Assembly (NCBI GenBank): GCA_951406725.2
Contig: OX597821.1
Span: forward strand, 26,226,001-26,290,000
Direction of reading: 5' to 3'
DNA: 64,000 bases
From: Octopus vulgaris
Lineage: Eukaryota
In this document: positions 49,985 to 64,000 of the stretch, piece after piece
How positions within the stretch are numbered: the first letter of the stretch is position 1
How the letters are laid out: each line of letters starts with the position of its first letter
The notes under the pieces: model-generated
What the model saw: the letters and a program-made list of their open reading frames with translations, nothing else
Databases searched by the model: none
Told to the model about the DNA's origin: nothing
Made by a program: the position numbers and the translations under genes

Positions 49985-52900
49985 TAAAACAAGACGTTTG
50001 TATTATTGTATCAAAAGCAGTTTAACGCGGTTTGGTAATGTTGACAATACTGGTGAACAATAGTTTGTGTAGCGATGTAACTGTACGAAGTGACGCAATC
50101 AAAGTATCCTCGTATAACGGAGTTTGGGTTTCTTGGGCAATAGTCAATCAGTTTTATCACCCTCTTTATCTCTGACGAGACTAACAAAAACTTCATCTAT
50201 TATGTTGAATCAATATCCCAAGTTACTCCTTGTATCATCTTGTCAAGTTCAGATGTTGTCCTCCGTGACATCTATTTCAGTAGTTCTCGGCTGTATACGA
50301 AGACCTTACCTTCAAAATCATATTTTACCTCCGCATCGTACAGATATATGTACCAGTCTTTGGCCATAGCAGTTGATTTCACAGGTCTTCAGTGTGGTCG
50401 ATACATTGAATATTACAGACTTGAGATATTTGTCCTACACTCTACCAATAGCTTCTGGAATATCGTCACTTTGCCTGACTCTTCTCTTCTAACTTTTATT
50501 ATTGTTACACCAAGTTACATTAAGTTGTGGAAAGTCACAATAGAGGATATCTTTTGCTAGGGGATCTTCTTCATTCATCTTGAAATAAGCTGTCAATTTG
50601 GTTGATCCATCTTTTGCTAAAGCTTCTTGTGCATGATTCAGATTAAACACAATCATCTGTTGATCTGGCAAATGTATCAGCAAGCATTCAACAGCAGGTT
50701 ACCTTTGCTGAATTGGAAACTCAAATAATCTCCAGCAAGCCTCTGACGCTCCAATATAGCGGCAATTTTTGTAATTCGAAATTTCATCCATTTGATTTTC
50801 GTTGCCAACTTTAAGACGCATGCCATCTTGTTGTCTGTGTAAAGAAACTGTTGCATGGTCAATACCTTTGAAAATGTACTTGTAAAAATATTTTGCAGCC
50901 TTAATAGATGCACACCATTCAAGTTTATGCAACTCGTACTTATGCAACAACCAAGCATTATAAGGAACTATATAACGGTTATCAACAACAATTTCTCTAT
51001 TTCCAATACGATTTGAAGCTGTGAAGCCACCATCTCGAGGGTTTCGGCGACGAGACTGCAGATAAGAATAATTTCCAATTAAGGTTTGTGATCTGCAATC
51101 TTTTGAATATCATTTACTGCAAACACCATTCACCATGCAGGGAGAATTTAAATTATCTTTTCCGCAGGGTCCATGTATCATGTGTTACTTCACCAAGGAA
51201 TAAAGATGTGACGTTAATGGGTTTTCGGGATTAGGAAGCTCAGCTGTAACAATTTTATCAATTTCTTGCCATGTGTTGTGATGATGTTTTATAATGAATA
51301 AGAAATCGCAAAGAAATAGTTGCTGCTGCTTTAATTTAAATACTCTTGCAGTGATATCTGGTCGTTAACTATTTCCTGTCCTTTTGGATTGCATGTAAAA
51401 GTCAAAAATAAAGTAGGTTTGCCAAACTTTCTAACTATGGCCATTGCATCCTGGTAGTGTTTGTGCCATATATCGCGGACTTCCTTGTAAATGAACTTGG
51501 TAATATATATCTGCGACCTATACGATTAGTATCACCTGCAAATATAGCATCTTGTAAGCCATTATATAAATAAGCTCTTAAGGTTGCTTGATTGTTACAA
51601 ACATATCGTAGACGGGTGGATTGTACTTTTGGCAAATTGATCTTACACAGTATTGCTGAAACAAACGCTGACCTAATTGCAATATATTTGTAGAACCTGT
51701 TCTTTTCATGATGCGATAACAATAAAATTGAACTATTAAAGTTTGACAGTTGCCATTTTCATTCATTAATCCAAAGTGCCACCCATCTAGGAAAAAATAC
51801 ACGGGTGCATCATTGGGTCGTATGATCGATGTGAGTCACTCAATATTTGTAAAGATGTTTGGTTATTCTCGGCTATGAATTTTGTTACGACCATTCGTTA
51901 TGAACAATTCGCTTCCTCGTTAAGATTATTTGGTATAAGAATAGCAAGCTCATTAGAAGTTAGTAGATTATATCTCCTGGAGTGTTCCCCGTAAGGTTTT
52001 TTATCCGCATGTAAGCCAGCAGGAATATTTCCAGCGTCAGTTTGCTCCTGCACGGATAGAAAAGATTGTAAGTATTTCCAGCAGATATCATAGCAGAATG
52101 AATTTTTTCGAAATATGTTTATATCGAAGGCTTGCTTTGCATTGTTAAGAGGCATTCCTTCTATTTGTCTTCTTATTTGTTCTTTATGATCATAGAAATA
52201 CGTTTGTAAGCTAGACCGGACTGTTCTTATTTGGTTTCTAAGAGCTCCAATAAATCTATAAAGAATTCCATGTATTCTGTAATTTGTAATTCCTCCCAGT
52301 ATTGAAGTGTCATCTACTTTCATAGAACACATTGCCATTTCGCTGTTGAACCTTCGAATATTACATTTTAAATATTTTGCTTCAGGAGTGTTAGAAAGAA
52401 AGAGATCATCAAGTTCGTTCGGTAATTCAGGGATATTTTCAATTTTTATCATTCCTGATTTACAACATACATATACCAAAACTGAGATTGTTCATTGATC
52501 CTCCTGTACGCTCTCCAATAAACATCAAAGCATTGCAGTGGTGGCAACGCACTTCCACGAGGCCGCAACTATTGGCGAGCAACGTCAACGGGAACCTATA
52601 GATGTCCATCAACCTATTATTGATTTGCCAACGTCTTCTGTGTTGTGCTGCAGTTTGTTCTAAAATCTGTTCAGATTGTTCTTTTGACAGCTGTTGCCTT
52701 GCATTTCGATGCTGAGCAGCGTTTTGTTCTAAAACTTGCTTTCTTCGCTCCTGTGGCTGCGCTAAACGGAGCAGACGCTGTCTTTCCGTGTTCCTTTTAC
52801 GTTGCTTTTCATTCTATTCTTGAGTTTGCCTTAATCTTCATAATTGCCGACTCAAACATTTTGCAGTTCTTCTATAATTGGACCATTCCTCTTCCATGGA

Positions 52901-53660
52901 CAAAGCTTAATTAAATATTTATTAATTAAATAGAATAGTATGAAAAAAAAAAACAACATATTAATGACACAGGCGATTGTATTATGATGACAATATTGGT
53001 ATCTTATTTACACAGCGTGAGGTTCAAAACAGTGAAAGAAGAAGGAAAAAAAATTCAGTTTCATTTTGACGACAAACGCTGTTTCATACATACAAATATT
53101 CATATACTTCCCTTTTACATGCGCGCGCACACACACGCACACACAGACACACACACACATACACACACATTCAGCGTTCAGTATTCTCTTACACTTCCGT
53201 AGTACACACGCACACACAAACAATCACATACATTCCTTTTACATGCGCATATGTTTCTCTCTTTCTCTCTTTGTGTGTCTCTCTTTCTGTCTCTCTTTCT
53301 TTCTTTCTCTCTTTCCCCTTCTCAACTCTACCTCTCTACTTCCCCCTCTCTCTCTCTAACTCTACTATTGTTTTTTTCTCTTTCTTTATCACTCCTTCCT
53401 TCATTATTGATATGTTGTGATGGACTGACGCTCTTCCTCAATATCTCTTTTCCTTTCATTCATTCATTCATTCATTCATTCATTCATTCATTCATTCTTT
53501 CTTTCTTTCTTTCTTTCTTTCTTTCCTTTCTTGCTTCCTTCCTTTCGTTCTTTCACTTTCTTCCTATTTCATTCACCTTCTCCTTTCCTCTATCTAATTA
53601 CTGATGGCTTCGGACAGACGGACGGACGGACGGACGTGGCTCTTATTATAGTATAGAAGA
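49985..53660 (-). mobile_element. Decayed Helitron (5' end and Rep region)
   Basis: 5' A|TCTTCTATACTATAATAAG at 53660; fragments CCKSG...NIRRFN...YRIHG, ILPSSFT, FGKPTLFLTFTCNP, KYFYKYIFKG, RYIGASEACWRLFEF, IHLPDQQ...KLTAYF. Confidence 0.92.
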
Positions 53661-54034
53661 TTACTAACACGTTTGTCTCCACCTGGGTGAGCATAAGCGC
53701 TGTCCAAAATTAGCAACGTCTACACTTCAACAGTCCAACCTTTGAGAACAATATCTTGGAATTTACACATATATAATGCAAGAAAAATCAGTCAATTCAC
53801 TTACAAAAACAATAAAGCACTGGTAGCAGATGTATTGTGTCTTTGGATATAGCAAAATGTTGATGTGTCCAACACCATTACTTTGAAAGGAGCATAACCG
53901 CCAGCATTTGTACTACACAACACTTTAAAATGCTCCTTCTTAATTCATGGCAAGAAATGGAGGCTTCTTTCTTAAAATCTTAAATATTCCAGAGTACCAA
54001 TGTAACATAGTTTCATCTCCAATAGTAAGTGAGT

Positions 54035-54282
54035 ACAGTCTCGAGTCTCGGGAATCATAGGGACGGTGACCCGGGATCCATGGTGTATAAGTGACTGAAA
54101 TCACAACTTTTCTTCTGAACAGAATGCCAGTCTGTTATAGAGTTACTTATTTACAACTGAGTGAACTAAAGCAACGTGAAATGAAGGATTTTTATTCAAG
54201 AACACAACGCGTCGCCTTGTCCGGAAATCGAAACCACGATTTTGAGATCGTGAATGAAACACCCTAACCACTAAGCCCCGCA
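54035..54282 (-). mobile_element. SINE family D
   Basis: Homologous to 35420-35712. Confidence 0.7.
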
Positions 54283-54519
54283 ACTTTATTTCATCCTCAA
54301 TATACACATGAAAAATTTAGGAGCCCTTCACATTTCAGTCATTGAATATTTCTTTGATTAGTTCGATTTCCTCTACACCTGTATCATCATGAGTCATTTT
54401 ATGTTTCTCTTTTCAAATGCCGACTTCAAATTTGAGCGGTATCTAATTACTGAAATGTCAAAGAAAACTGAAGGTTAATACACGTTGTGCCAGTGTGGCC
54501 TATGGTATATACGCACTGA

Positions 54520-54680
54520 AAGACGGGTTTCTTTCAGTTTCCGTCTACCAAATCCACTCACAAAGCTTTGGTCGGCCCGAGGCTACAGTAGAAAACACCT
54601 GCCGAAGATGCTACGCAGTGGGACTGAAACCGAAACTATGTGATTAGGAAGCAAGCTTCTTACCACACAGCCACGCCTGC
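54520..54680 (-). mobile_element. SINE family B, 5' half
   Basis: cagtttccgtctaccaaatccactcac...cttaccacacagccac. Confidence 0.85.
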
Positions 54681-54860
54681 ACATGTTTATATATATATGT
54701 ATAAATATATGTATATATATATGTAGTTGCTTCCCAACTACATTGTTTCGGGTATATATATATATATATATATATGTAGGTCCCGGGTTGAGTCGGGGTT
54801 AACCACAGTAAATAAGGTACTCAATACATAGCAGAGTAAATTAATTTATTATATAGAAGG

Positions 54861-54910
54861 AGCTTCTACAGGACTAGAACTGTTTCATTCAAAAGAAATC
54901 ATCAGGAGCT
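54861..54910 (-). ncRNA. Type I hammerhead ribozyme (minus-strand member; element extends to about 54778)
   Basis: Reverse complement of the plus copy; stem I 5' arm agctc. Confidence 0.75.
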
Positions 54911-54957
54911 TCCTGATGATTTCTTTTGAATGAAACAGTTCTAGTCCTGTAGAAGCT
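54907..54957 (+). ncRNA. Type I hammerhead ribozyme (plus-strand member of inverted pair)
   Basis: agcttc-CTGATGA-t-ttc-tttt-gaa-t-GAAA-cag-ttctagtc-ctg-TA-gaagct. Confidence 0.8.
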
Positions 54958-54974
54958 CTATATAATAAATATAT

Positions 54975-55038
<64 letters not shown>

Positions 55039-55108
55039 ATGTGTGTGTGTACATGTATCCATATATACATACATACATGCATACATACGTACACACACAC
55101 ATGCACAC

Positions 55109-55148
<40 letters not shown>

Positions 55149-55825
55149 ATGAAGTGAGTGTTTGTACACCGGCATCTATAAGTATGCATTGTCGTTTGTC
55201 TTTGCGTTTATACGTGGCATTTACGTGTATTTAGGTAATAAATTGCTTCGCTTCAAACTCCACCCGACAATGTGTCTGTACCCTATCTTTCTTATACCAC
55301 TATCATTGACCCTTTAACTTGACACGTGATTGCTATGTACTGATTTATGGAAAACCATTTCCTTTAACGATGCTTCTTAGAAAAATTGATGAATGAAACT
55401 TATATTATTATATCATAAAAAATACAAGTGACGAGTTTATTTACTTTCTTCTAAAGATACTAAATTTGGCAGTTCCTTCTTGAATCCAGTGCAGACATTT
55501 TCTATTTAAGAGAAAAGGCCATTTTGTTTTTGTATTATATTCTTCGTTAGGTTATAATTAAATATATGCGGAAGCTATTGCATAATATACATTATATAGC
55601 GAGCATGATTATTTCAGTATTCTCATCCATGTCTATATGCACGATATTTGATTTGTCAGTAAGACGATGATGAAACAACTGTAAACAATGGAGTAAGCCA
55701 GCTACTCTATTCTTCACTTATGACACATACACACACACGTATGTATGAATGTACGTATGTATGTATGTATGTATGTATGTCTGTATGCATGTATGTATGT
55801 ATGTATGCATGTATGTATGTGTGTC

Positions 55826-56050
55826 CCCCTTGGGAATGAAGGATTCCTAGCCTTTGTTAGGGTATCCTCCTAGGAGAAGGTAACTCAGGTAACTGGGATA
55901 ACTCCGACACATAACCTGCGGTTCAGTGGTTACCGATGATGTTGACTTGTTCTTCTTTTCGGATTAAGACTGCTGTTGCTTAGTGAGTGGGATTGACTCA
56001 GTGCACAGCCTTTCCCCACTTCAAAAAAAAATATTCTTGCACAGGCATTG
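55826..56050 (+). mobile_element. Possible RTE-type LINE 5' UTR fragment
   Basis: ctaggagaaggtaactc...aacct resembles RTE 5' UTR motifs (from memory); no ORF follows. Confidence 0.3.
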
Positions 56051-56427
56051 CACGATAACAACACTGATTAAGCTTCGTGCAATGGCCATACTCGATAACA
56101 AGAGGGCAGCCACCATGTATGTACGTACTATATATGTACCCATGCATTCACAGAATATAATGGAAATTGGGTCATTAACGTGCATGTTAATCGCCCGCAA
56201 GCAAGTTGCACAAAGATGGAGTCTTTTAAAACCAACTTGCAGATCTGCAGTCTGTATTATCTCTTCTCAGTTAAATACAATGCAGAAACTTAACATTTGA
56301 CAATCTTTTCAGGTGTGTCTCTTCAGACTAACGATAAAAAGCAAAATGTCTTTTCAGGTGTGAAGTTTTAGTAATTTTAGTGTACCCCTGAGAGTTTCTC
56401 TCTTTCTCTCTCTCTCTCTCTCCCTCC

Positions 56428-58770
<2,343 letters not shown>

Positions 58771-58873
58771 TGTGTGTGTATATATATATATATATATATG
58801 TGTGTGTATGTATGTATATATGCATGGCTCCAAATGATATAATATATGTACATACATATATATGTATATATAC

Positions 58874-61386
58874 TCTGAAGTTAGGCAAGTGCTCTACATC
58901 AGATAGAGCAGCAACAGAACTGCTCTTTAATCTGATGGATGAGTATTTCCTGACTCAGCTAGTGCTTGAACCAACGAGACAGAATAAAACGATCTTGGAT
59001 CTGGTATTGACCAATCACTCTAACTACGTTCACAGTATTTCAGTCGAAAAAACTCTCCTCTCAGACCACGACATGGTACTCTGCAATCTTAATTAAAAAC
59101 CAAACCAGCCAATCCCACTCCATGGCACCCATTTGACAACGTAAACTTCCACAAAGCGGACTGGGGAACAATCAGAAAGGATCTGCCTTCCATCGACTGG
59201 TCTTTTACTCTCAATTCCTCTCATATTGAGACCGCGTGGCAGCACTTTGAAAACATTGTCACCTATACATGCTCTAAACACGCTCCCAAGAAATCTACTA
59301 ACACAAACAGAAACCGGCTCCCTAAAAAGAAAAAAAAACACTCATCAGGCGCATCAAAAGACTCAACAAAAAAATCAACCAATTAAAATATTCCCACACA
59401 CAACATCCACATTCAACAACAATGAAAAGACTAGAGCTTGAAAAACTTCATCTGCAGACCAACATGAAAACCTCCATTGAAAATCAAAGAGCTGTGGAGG
59501 AACAATGGGTAATCAAAAACATCAAACAGAACCCAAAAGTGTTCTATGCTTATGTAAATAAGCATAGAACGACTGTCTCACCCATTGGGCCATTGATTGA
59601 TGATAACGGCATTCCCCAACTAAAGAAATGGCAGAAATACTGCAGAAACAATACTGCTCTGTCTTTAGTGTTCCCACTGATATTGACGTAAGGGAAACGA
59701 ACGAAGTTGACTCCCAACACAAAATCTCAGACATAACATTCACTGCCACTGACATCGTAGCAGCAATAAATGGGGTCAAACATTACTCTGCTGTAGGCCC
59801 TGATAGATTTCCCGCTAGTCTCCTGAAGGAATGTAGATACCAACTTGCAGTCCCTCTGACCAACCTCTGGAGAAATTCGTTAGACGCAGGTTATATACCG
59901 AAACAGTTTCTATCCCAGTCGGTCATCCCGGTTTTCAAACAGGGAAACAGATCCCTCGCAGTCAACTATCGCCCAATCTCGCTCACCTCCCACATCATTA
60001 AAGTGTTTGAAAGAGTGTTAAGATCAAGGATAGCTGACTTCCTGGAGACCCACAAACTCCTAAATGCAAATCAGCATGGCTTTCGCTGTGGCAGGGACTG
60101 TCTAACACAGTTCAGGTTCGAACTCTGACGTCATATATCTTGACTTCAGTAAAGCGTTCGACAGGGTAGACCATAACATCCTACTCTCAAAATTGGCAAA
60201 TGTTGGAATCCGTAGAAAACTTCTACACTGGATGAAGTATTTCCTGGCGAATAGAACACAACATGTTGTAGTTGATGGAGTCCACTCAAACCCAGCAAAA
60301 GCCACCAGCGGTGTTCCCCAGGGAACTGTTTTGGGTCCGCTACTCTTCATAATTTACGTAAACGACCTTTCCAGTGTCGTACATTACTGCAAAGTGAAAA
60401 TATTTGCTGATGACACTAAGCTCCAGCAAATCGTCAATGAAGAAGCAGACCGAACTCAACTCCAGTCTGATCTATATGCTGTGAGTCAATGAGCAGACAG
60501 AAACAAAATGCAACTGAATGAGGGGAAATTTGAGCTGATGCATTTTGGAAGAAATTCCTCACTAAAACAACCATACTCTCTTCCTTCAGGGGAACCGCTC
60601 ACAGCCTCTAACAATATCAGAGACGTGGGTGTAATTGTTGATGACGATCTCAGTTGGAGTGCACACATCAACAAGAAGGTCGATATAGCTCGTAGGATGA
60701 GTTCCTGGATCTTAAGAACCTTCCGGTCCAGAGAACAAGGTGTCATCATACCACTTTTTTCCTCCTTTGTACGGCCACACCTTGAATACTGCTGCCCACT
60801 GTGGTCTCCTCACACAAGACAAAACATCTCCAGAATTGAGTCACCCCAGAGGGCACTCACTAAACAAATTGAAGGCATGGCTGCTCTCGATTATTGGGAT
60901 CGCCTTAAAGCCTTGAAACTTTACTCCCTCCAGCGTCGCCGTGAGCGGTACATCATTTGTACGATGTGGAAAATATACCGCCAACTTTGCCCAAACGACC
61001 TAAACATTAGCTTCAAGGTTCATCCAAGACTTGGACCACGAGCTATACGTCCCCTGCCCATTTCAAGATCACAACATACATGTACACTGCAACATAATTT
61101 CTTTTCCTCAACAGGCCCTGCCCTATTTAACATTGTCCCGAGGGAGATCAAAGAGGAAAAAGATCCCATCGACTTTAAACAGAGTCTGGATAGATCCCTT
61201 CAAAGAATACCAGATAAGCCACCCATAAATGGATACAACTCACCCAACAAAAACTCACTACTTGAACAAAACTTGACGTAAACAAAACTTGACTTAAACA
61301 AGATTCGAATAATCCTATCAGGTGGTGCTATTAAGTTAGACATGGCCTGGACCAATCTTTGGTCGAAACATATATAAGTTTATCTA

Positions 61387-61391
<5 letters not shown>
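58874..61391 (+). mobile_element. CR1-clade LINE, 5'-truncated; ORF2 with frameshifts, an internal deletion and stops
   Basis: APE end (EPTR..ILDLVLTN..SDH), RT (NYRPISLTS, QHGFR, YLDFSKAFD, SGVPQGTVLGPLLF, FADDTKL), RPHLEYC...LYSLQRRRER; 3' hairpin gacca/tggtc and taagttt repeats. Confidence 0.93.
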
Positions 61392-61449
<58 letters not shown>

Positions 61450-61786
61450 ATATGTATGGCTCCAAATGATATATCTATGTACATGCATACATATATATTA
61501 AATATATATGCATGTATAGGTATGCATATGTGCATATATTTGTGTGTATATACACATACACACAAATACACATACGCATGTCCACACACATACGCGCATA
61601 ATGAGTATGTATAAGCATAATTTAAGAAAAAATCTTGACATAGTCAGAATATTAAAAAAAAATAATTAGAAATTATTAATTACATAAAAATGTTTAAAAA
61701 ACCAGATTAACACTTTTTTCTATCAATCTGCTTTTTTCAATGATTTTCTTTTATATAATTAAATTTTAATTAAAAGCATTTGTTCC

Positions 61787-61818
<32 letters not shown>

Positions 61819-61827
61819 GTCTCTCTC

Positions 61828-61905
<78 letters not shown>

Positions 61906-62098
61906 CACTCTTTTTGTTCATCCAAGATGGAGAAGAGACAACATCCCATGTGGCAGGTTTGACTGTTGTTAAGATTTCTCTCGGCATGAAACCAGTGGTA
62001 GCCTTCTTAGCCAACAAGCAAAAAATATTTATCCACCAATGCGGTGTTGAGCACTCATTCGATATTAGCATACTATGTGTGTGTTTGCGCGCGTGTAT

Positions 62099-62142
<44 letters not shown>

Positions 62143-62156
62143 ATGATATGTAAAAA

Positions 62157-62555
62157 GTTAAAGGTTACGACCTCCTTCGGTCATGAATATAGCGAGGCCC
62201 GGAGGAAGATACATTGGGTAACACTTGTAAAAAAGGTAAAGGTCCCCTTCGGTCGTGAATGACCATGGGATTTTACCTAGAAAATTCCCCTCTGAGGCGC
62301 AAGTCCGGGCAAGATTGTTTGTGGAAGACCAACAATCGCCCATGCATACCAGCTTCCTGTCTTCACGACACCGATGTTATCCTAAGGCCGATACATCTTG
62401 CCACCAGTCACATCGTAAATCATTTCTACAGCTGAGTTCACTCAGGAGAAACGTGAAATAAAGTGTCTTGCTCAAGAACTCAACACACAGCCCGGTCGTT
62501 GAATCGAACTCACTACCTCATGATTGTGAACTTGATACCCTAACCACTGAGCAGC
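62157..62555 (-). mobile_element. SINE family D-related
   Basis: aaagtgtcttgctcaagaactcaac...gaatcgaactc...ccctaaccactgagc (tRNA head on minus strand). Confidence 0.7.
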
Positions 62556-62572
62556 ATGTGTGTGTGTGTATG

Positions 62573-63476
62573 TTGGGTCAGCCCATAAATAATGTTTTTG
62601 TTTTTCAATTGCATGAACGATAAGTCGGAGGGGGACGGGATAAACTACTTGCATCGACTTTTACCTTGTCTTTATTCTTAGTGCAAGTTTTGAAGAGTGC
62701 AGTTTGATTTAAACAGTTATTTTTTCAAAGCTGTAATGGAAATGACAAAGGAGCATACTCGACATGTTTTGCGTTATGATCTCAATAAAGGCAACAATGC
62801 AACGGAAAGTGCGATGAATATTAATGCATTATATGAAGATCGGACAATAAGCATAAGCCAGTGTCAACGGTTGTTCCGGAATTCAGAGCTGGAAACTACA
62901 GCCTAGAAGACGAGCCTCGTCTTGAAAAATTTGTAGTGCTCGACGAGGACGTCCTGCAAACCCTGGTGGAGTAAAATCCCATCGTAACTGTTGAGGAACT
63001 GGCAGAGAAGCTTGGATTTGGTCATTCAACCATTCATCGACACCTGCGCCAGAACAAAGACGACCATCTTTGGTTTCAAGACGAAAGGTGTTCTTCGATC
63101 AGGATAATACTCGGCCACATACAGCGTGGATGACATTCCAAAGGCTGGAGCAGTTTGAATGGAAAACGATGCCCCACCCACCATATACGCCGGATAATCC
63201 CCCAAATGATTATCATTTAGTCCGCAGTCTTCAAAATCATTTGGACGGAAAAAAATATGAATTCTGTTGACGAGGTCAGAACATTACTAGAGAAGTATTT
63301 TTCGTCACGGGCATGTGAATTTTGGAAGAGGGGCCTTGCAAGTCTACCAGATAGATGGAAGAGCATTGTAGAAAATGAAGGAGAGTATATTTTAGATTAG
63401 AAAAGAACCTTGTTTATTTTAAATTTGCAAAATAAAAGAAGTATTAAAAAACCGCACTATTTATGGGACGTCGCAA
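62573..63476 (+). mobile_element. Internally deleted mariner, different lineage from the 41.6 kb copy
   Basis: TIR ttgggtcagcccataaata / tatttatgggacgtcgcaa; MEMTKEHTRHVL, QDNTRPH, HPPYTPDNPPNDYHL. Confidence 0.88.
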
Positions 63477-63527
63477 TATATATATATAAAATACAATATA
63501 TATAAAATACAAAATGGGACATGAACG

Positions 63528-63583
<56 letters not shown>

Positions 63584-64000
63584 CTAGATTGCCCGTGACC
63601 CGTTGGGTCACTGAGAAACTCTGACTTTCGCAGCAACAGAGTTTTGCTTCGTGGGTTGGAATGATTTGGCTGGTATTTCTTACACGCCCTGCTGTCACAT
63701 AACAGGTATTTTGGGTCCTTTATCGCAAATAGCTGTTATGTGGTAGCAGGGCGTGCTAGAAGATGCGGCTAAATATTTGGAGGGGAGATACGTTGAATGC
63801 ACTCGAAAAAAATCTGTTTCACACTGAGGTTACGAACGGGTCTTTTACGAAATGTCTACCGTATTTTTAAAGTCATTTTCACTTTAAAATATTTTTTAAA
63901 TATGCCAAGAGGAATTTTTGTAATGGTATTCACTTGAAAATAATTTTAAAAACATAAAAATATTGTCTGTTTAAAGAAAGCTAAAGATACATACTTCCTG
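63584..64000 (-). mobile_element. Helitron 3' end, running off the window
   Basis: Minus: hairpin gtgaccc-aac-gggtcac, then gggcaatCTAG. Confidence 0.65.

Noticed and set aside
61346-61372. gacca-atctt-tggtc-GAAAC at the CR1 3' end, resembling hammerhead stem II
   Set aside because: No CUGANGA upstream; better explained as the LINE 3' recognition hairpin.

Overview
Eukaryotic, AT-rich, microsatellite-dense DNA with no recognisable intact host gene. The tRNA-derived SINE families and repeat landscape suggest a cephalopod, probably Octopus (inference). The window is a mosaic of decayed mobile elements: Tx1-, CR1-group-, RTE- and Hero-type LINE fragments, a Penelope GIY-YIG fragment, two mariners (one near full length), two hAT remnants, several Helitrons, four SINE families and MITEs. 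Almost all listed ORFs are microsatellite artefacts or transposon pseudogene pieces. The main result is about ten hammerhead-ribozyme (HHR) motifs in short non-coding elements, mostly embedded in microsatellites. At four loci (5.5, 21.4, 38.6, 47.1 kb; three unrelated sequence families) the three hammerhead strands occur in the order [III'-UH-I]-[II'-GAAA-III]-[I'-CUGANGA-II]. This is not a circular permutation (not type I, II or III), yet stems I and III pair fully with different sequences in each family. Other findings: a head-to-head twin hammerhead palindrome, two GG...CC MITE families with 8-bp TSDs carrying telomeric TTAGGG repeats, a SINE sharing its 3' tail with a Tx1 LINE and inserting at GGTAT, and one SINE head with three different tails. 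Coordinates were read by eye; boundaries of decayed elements are approximate.
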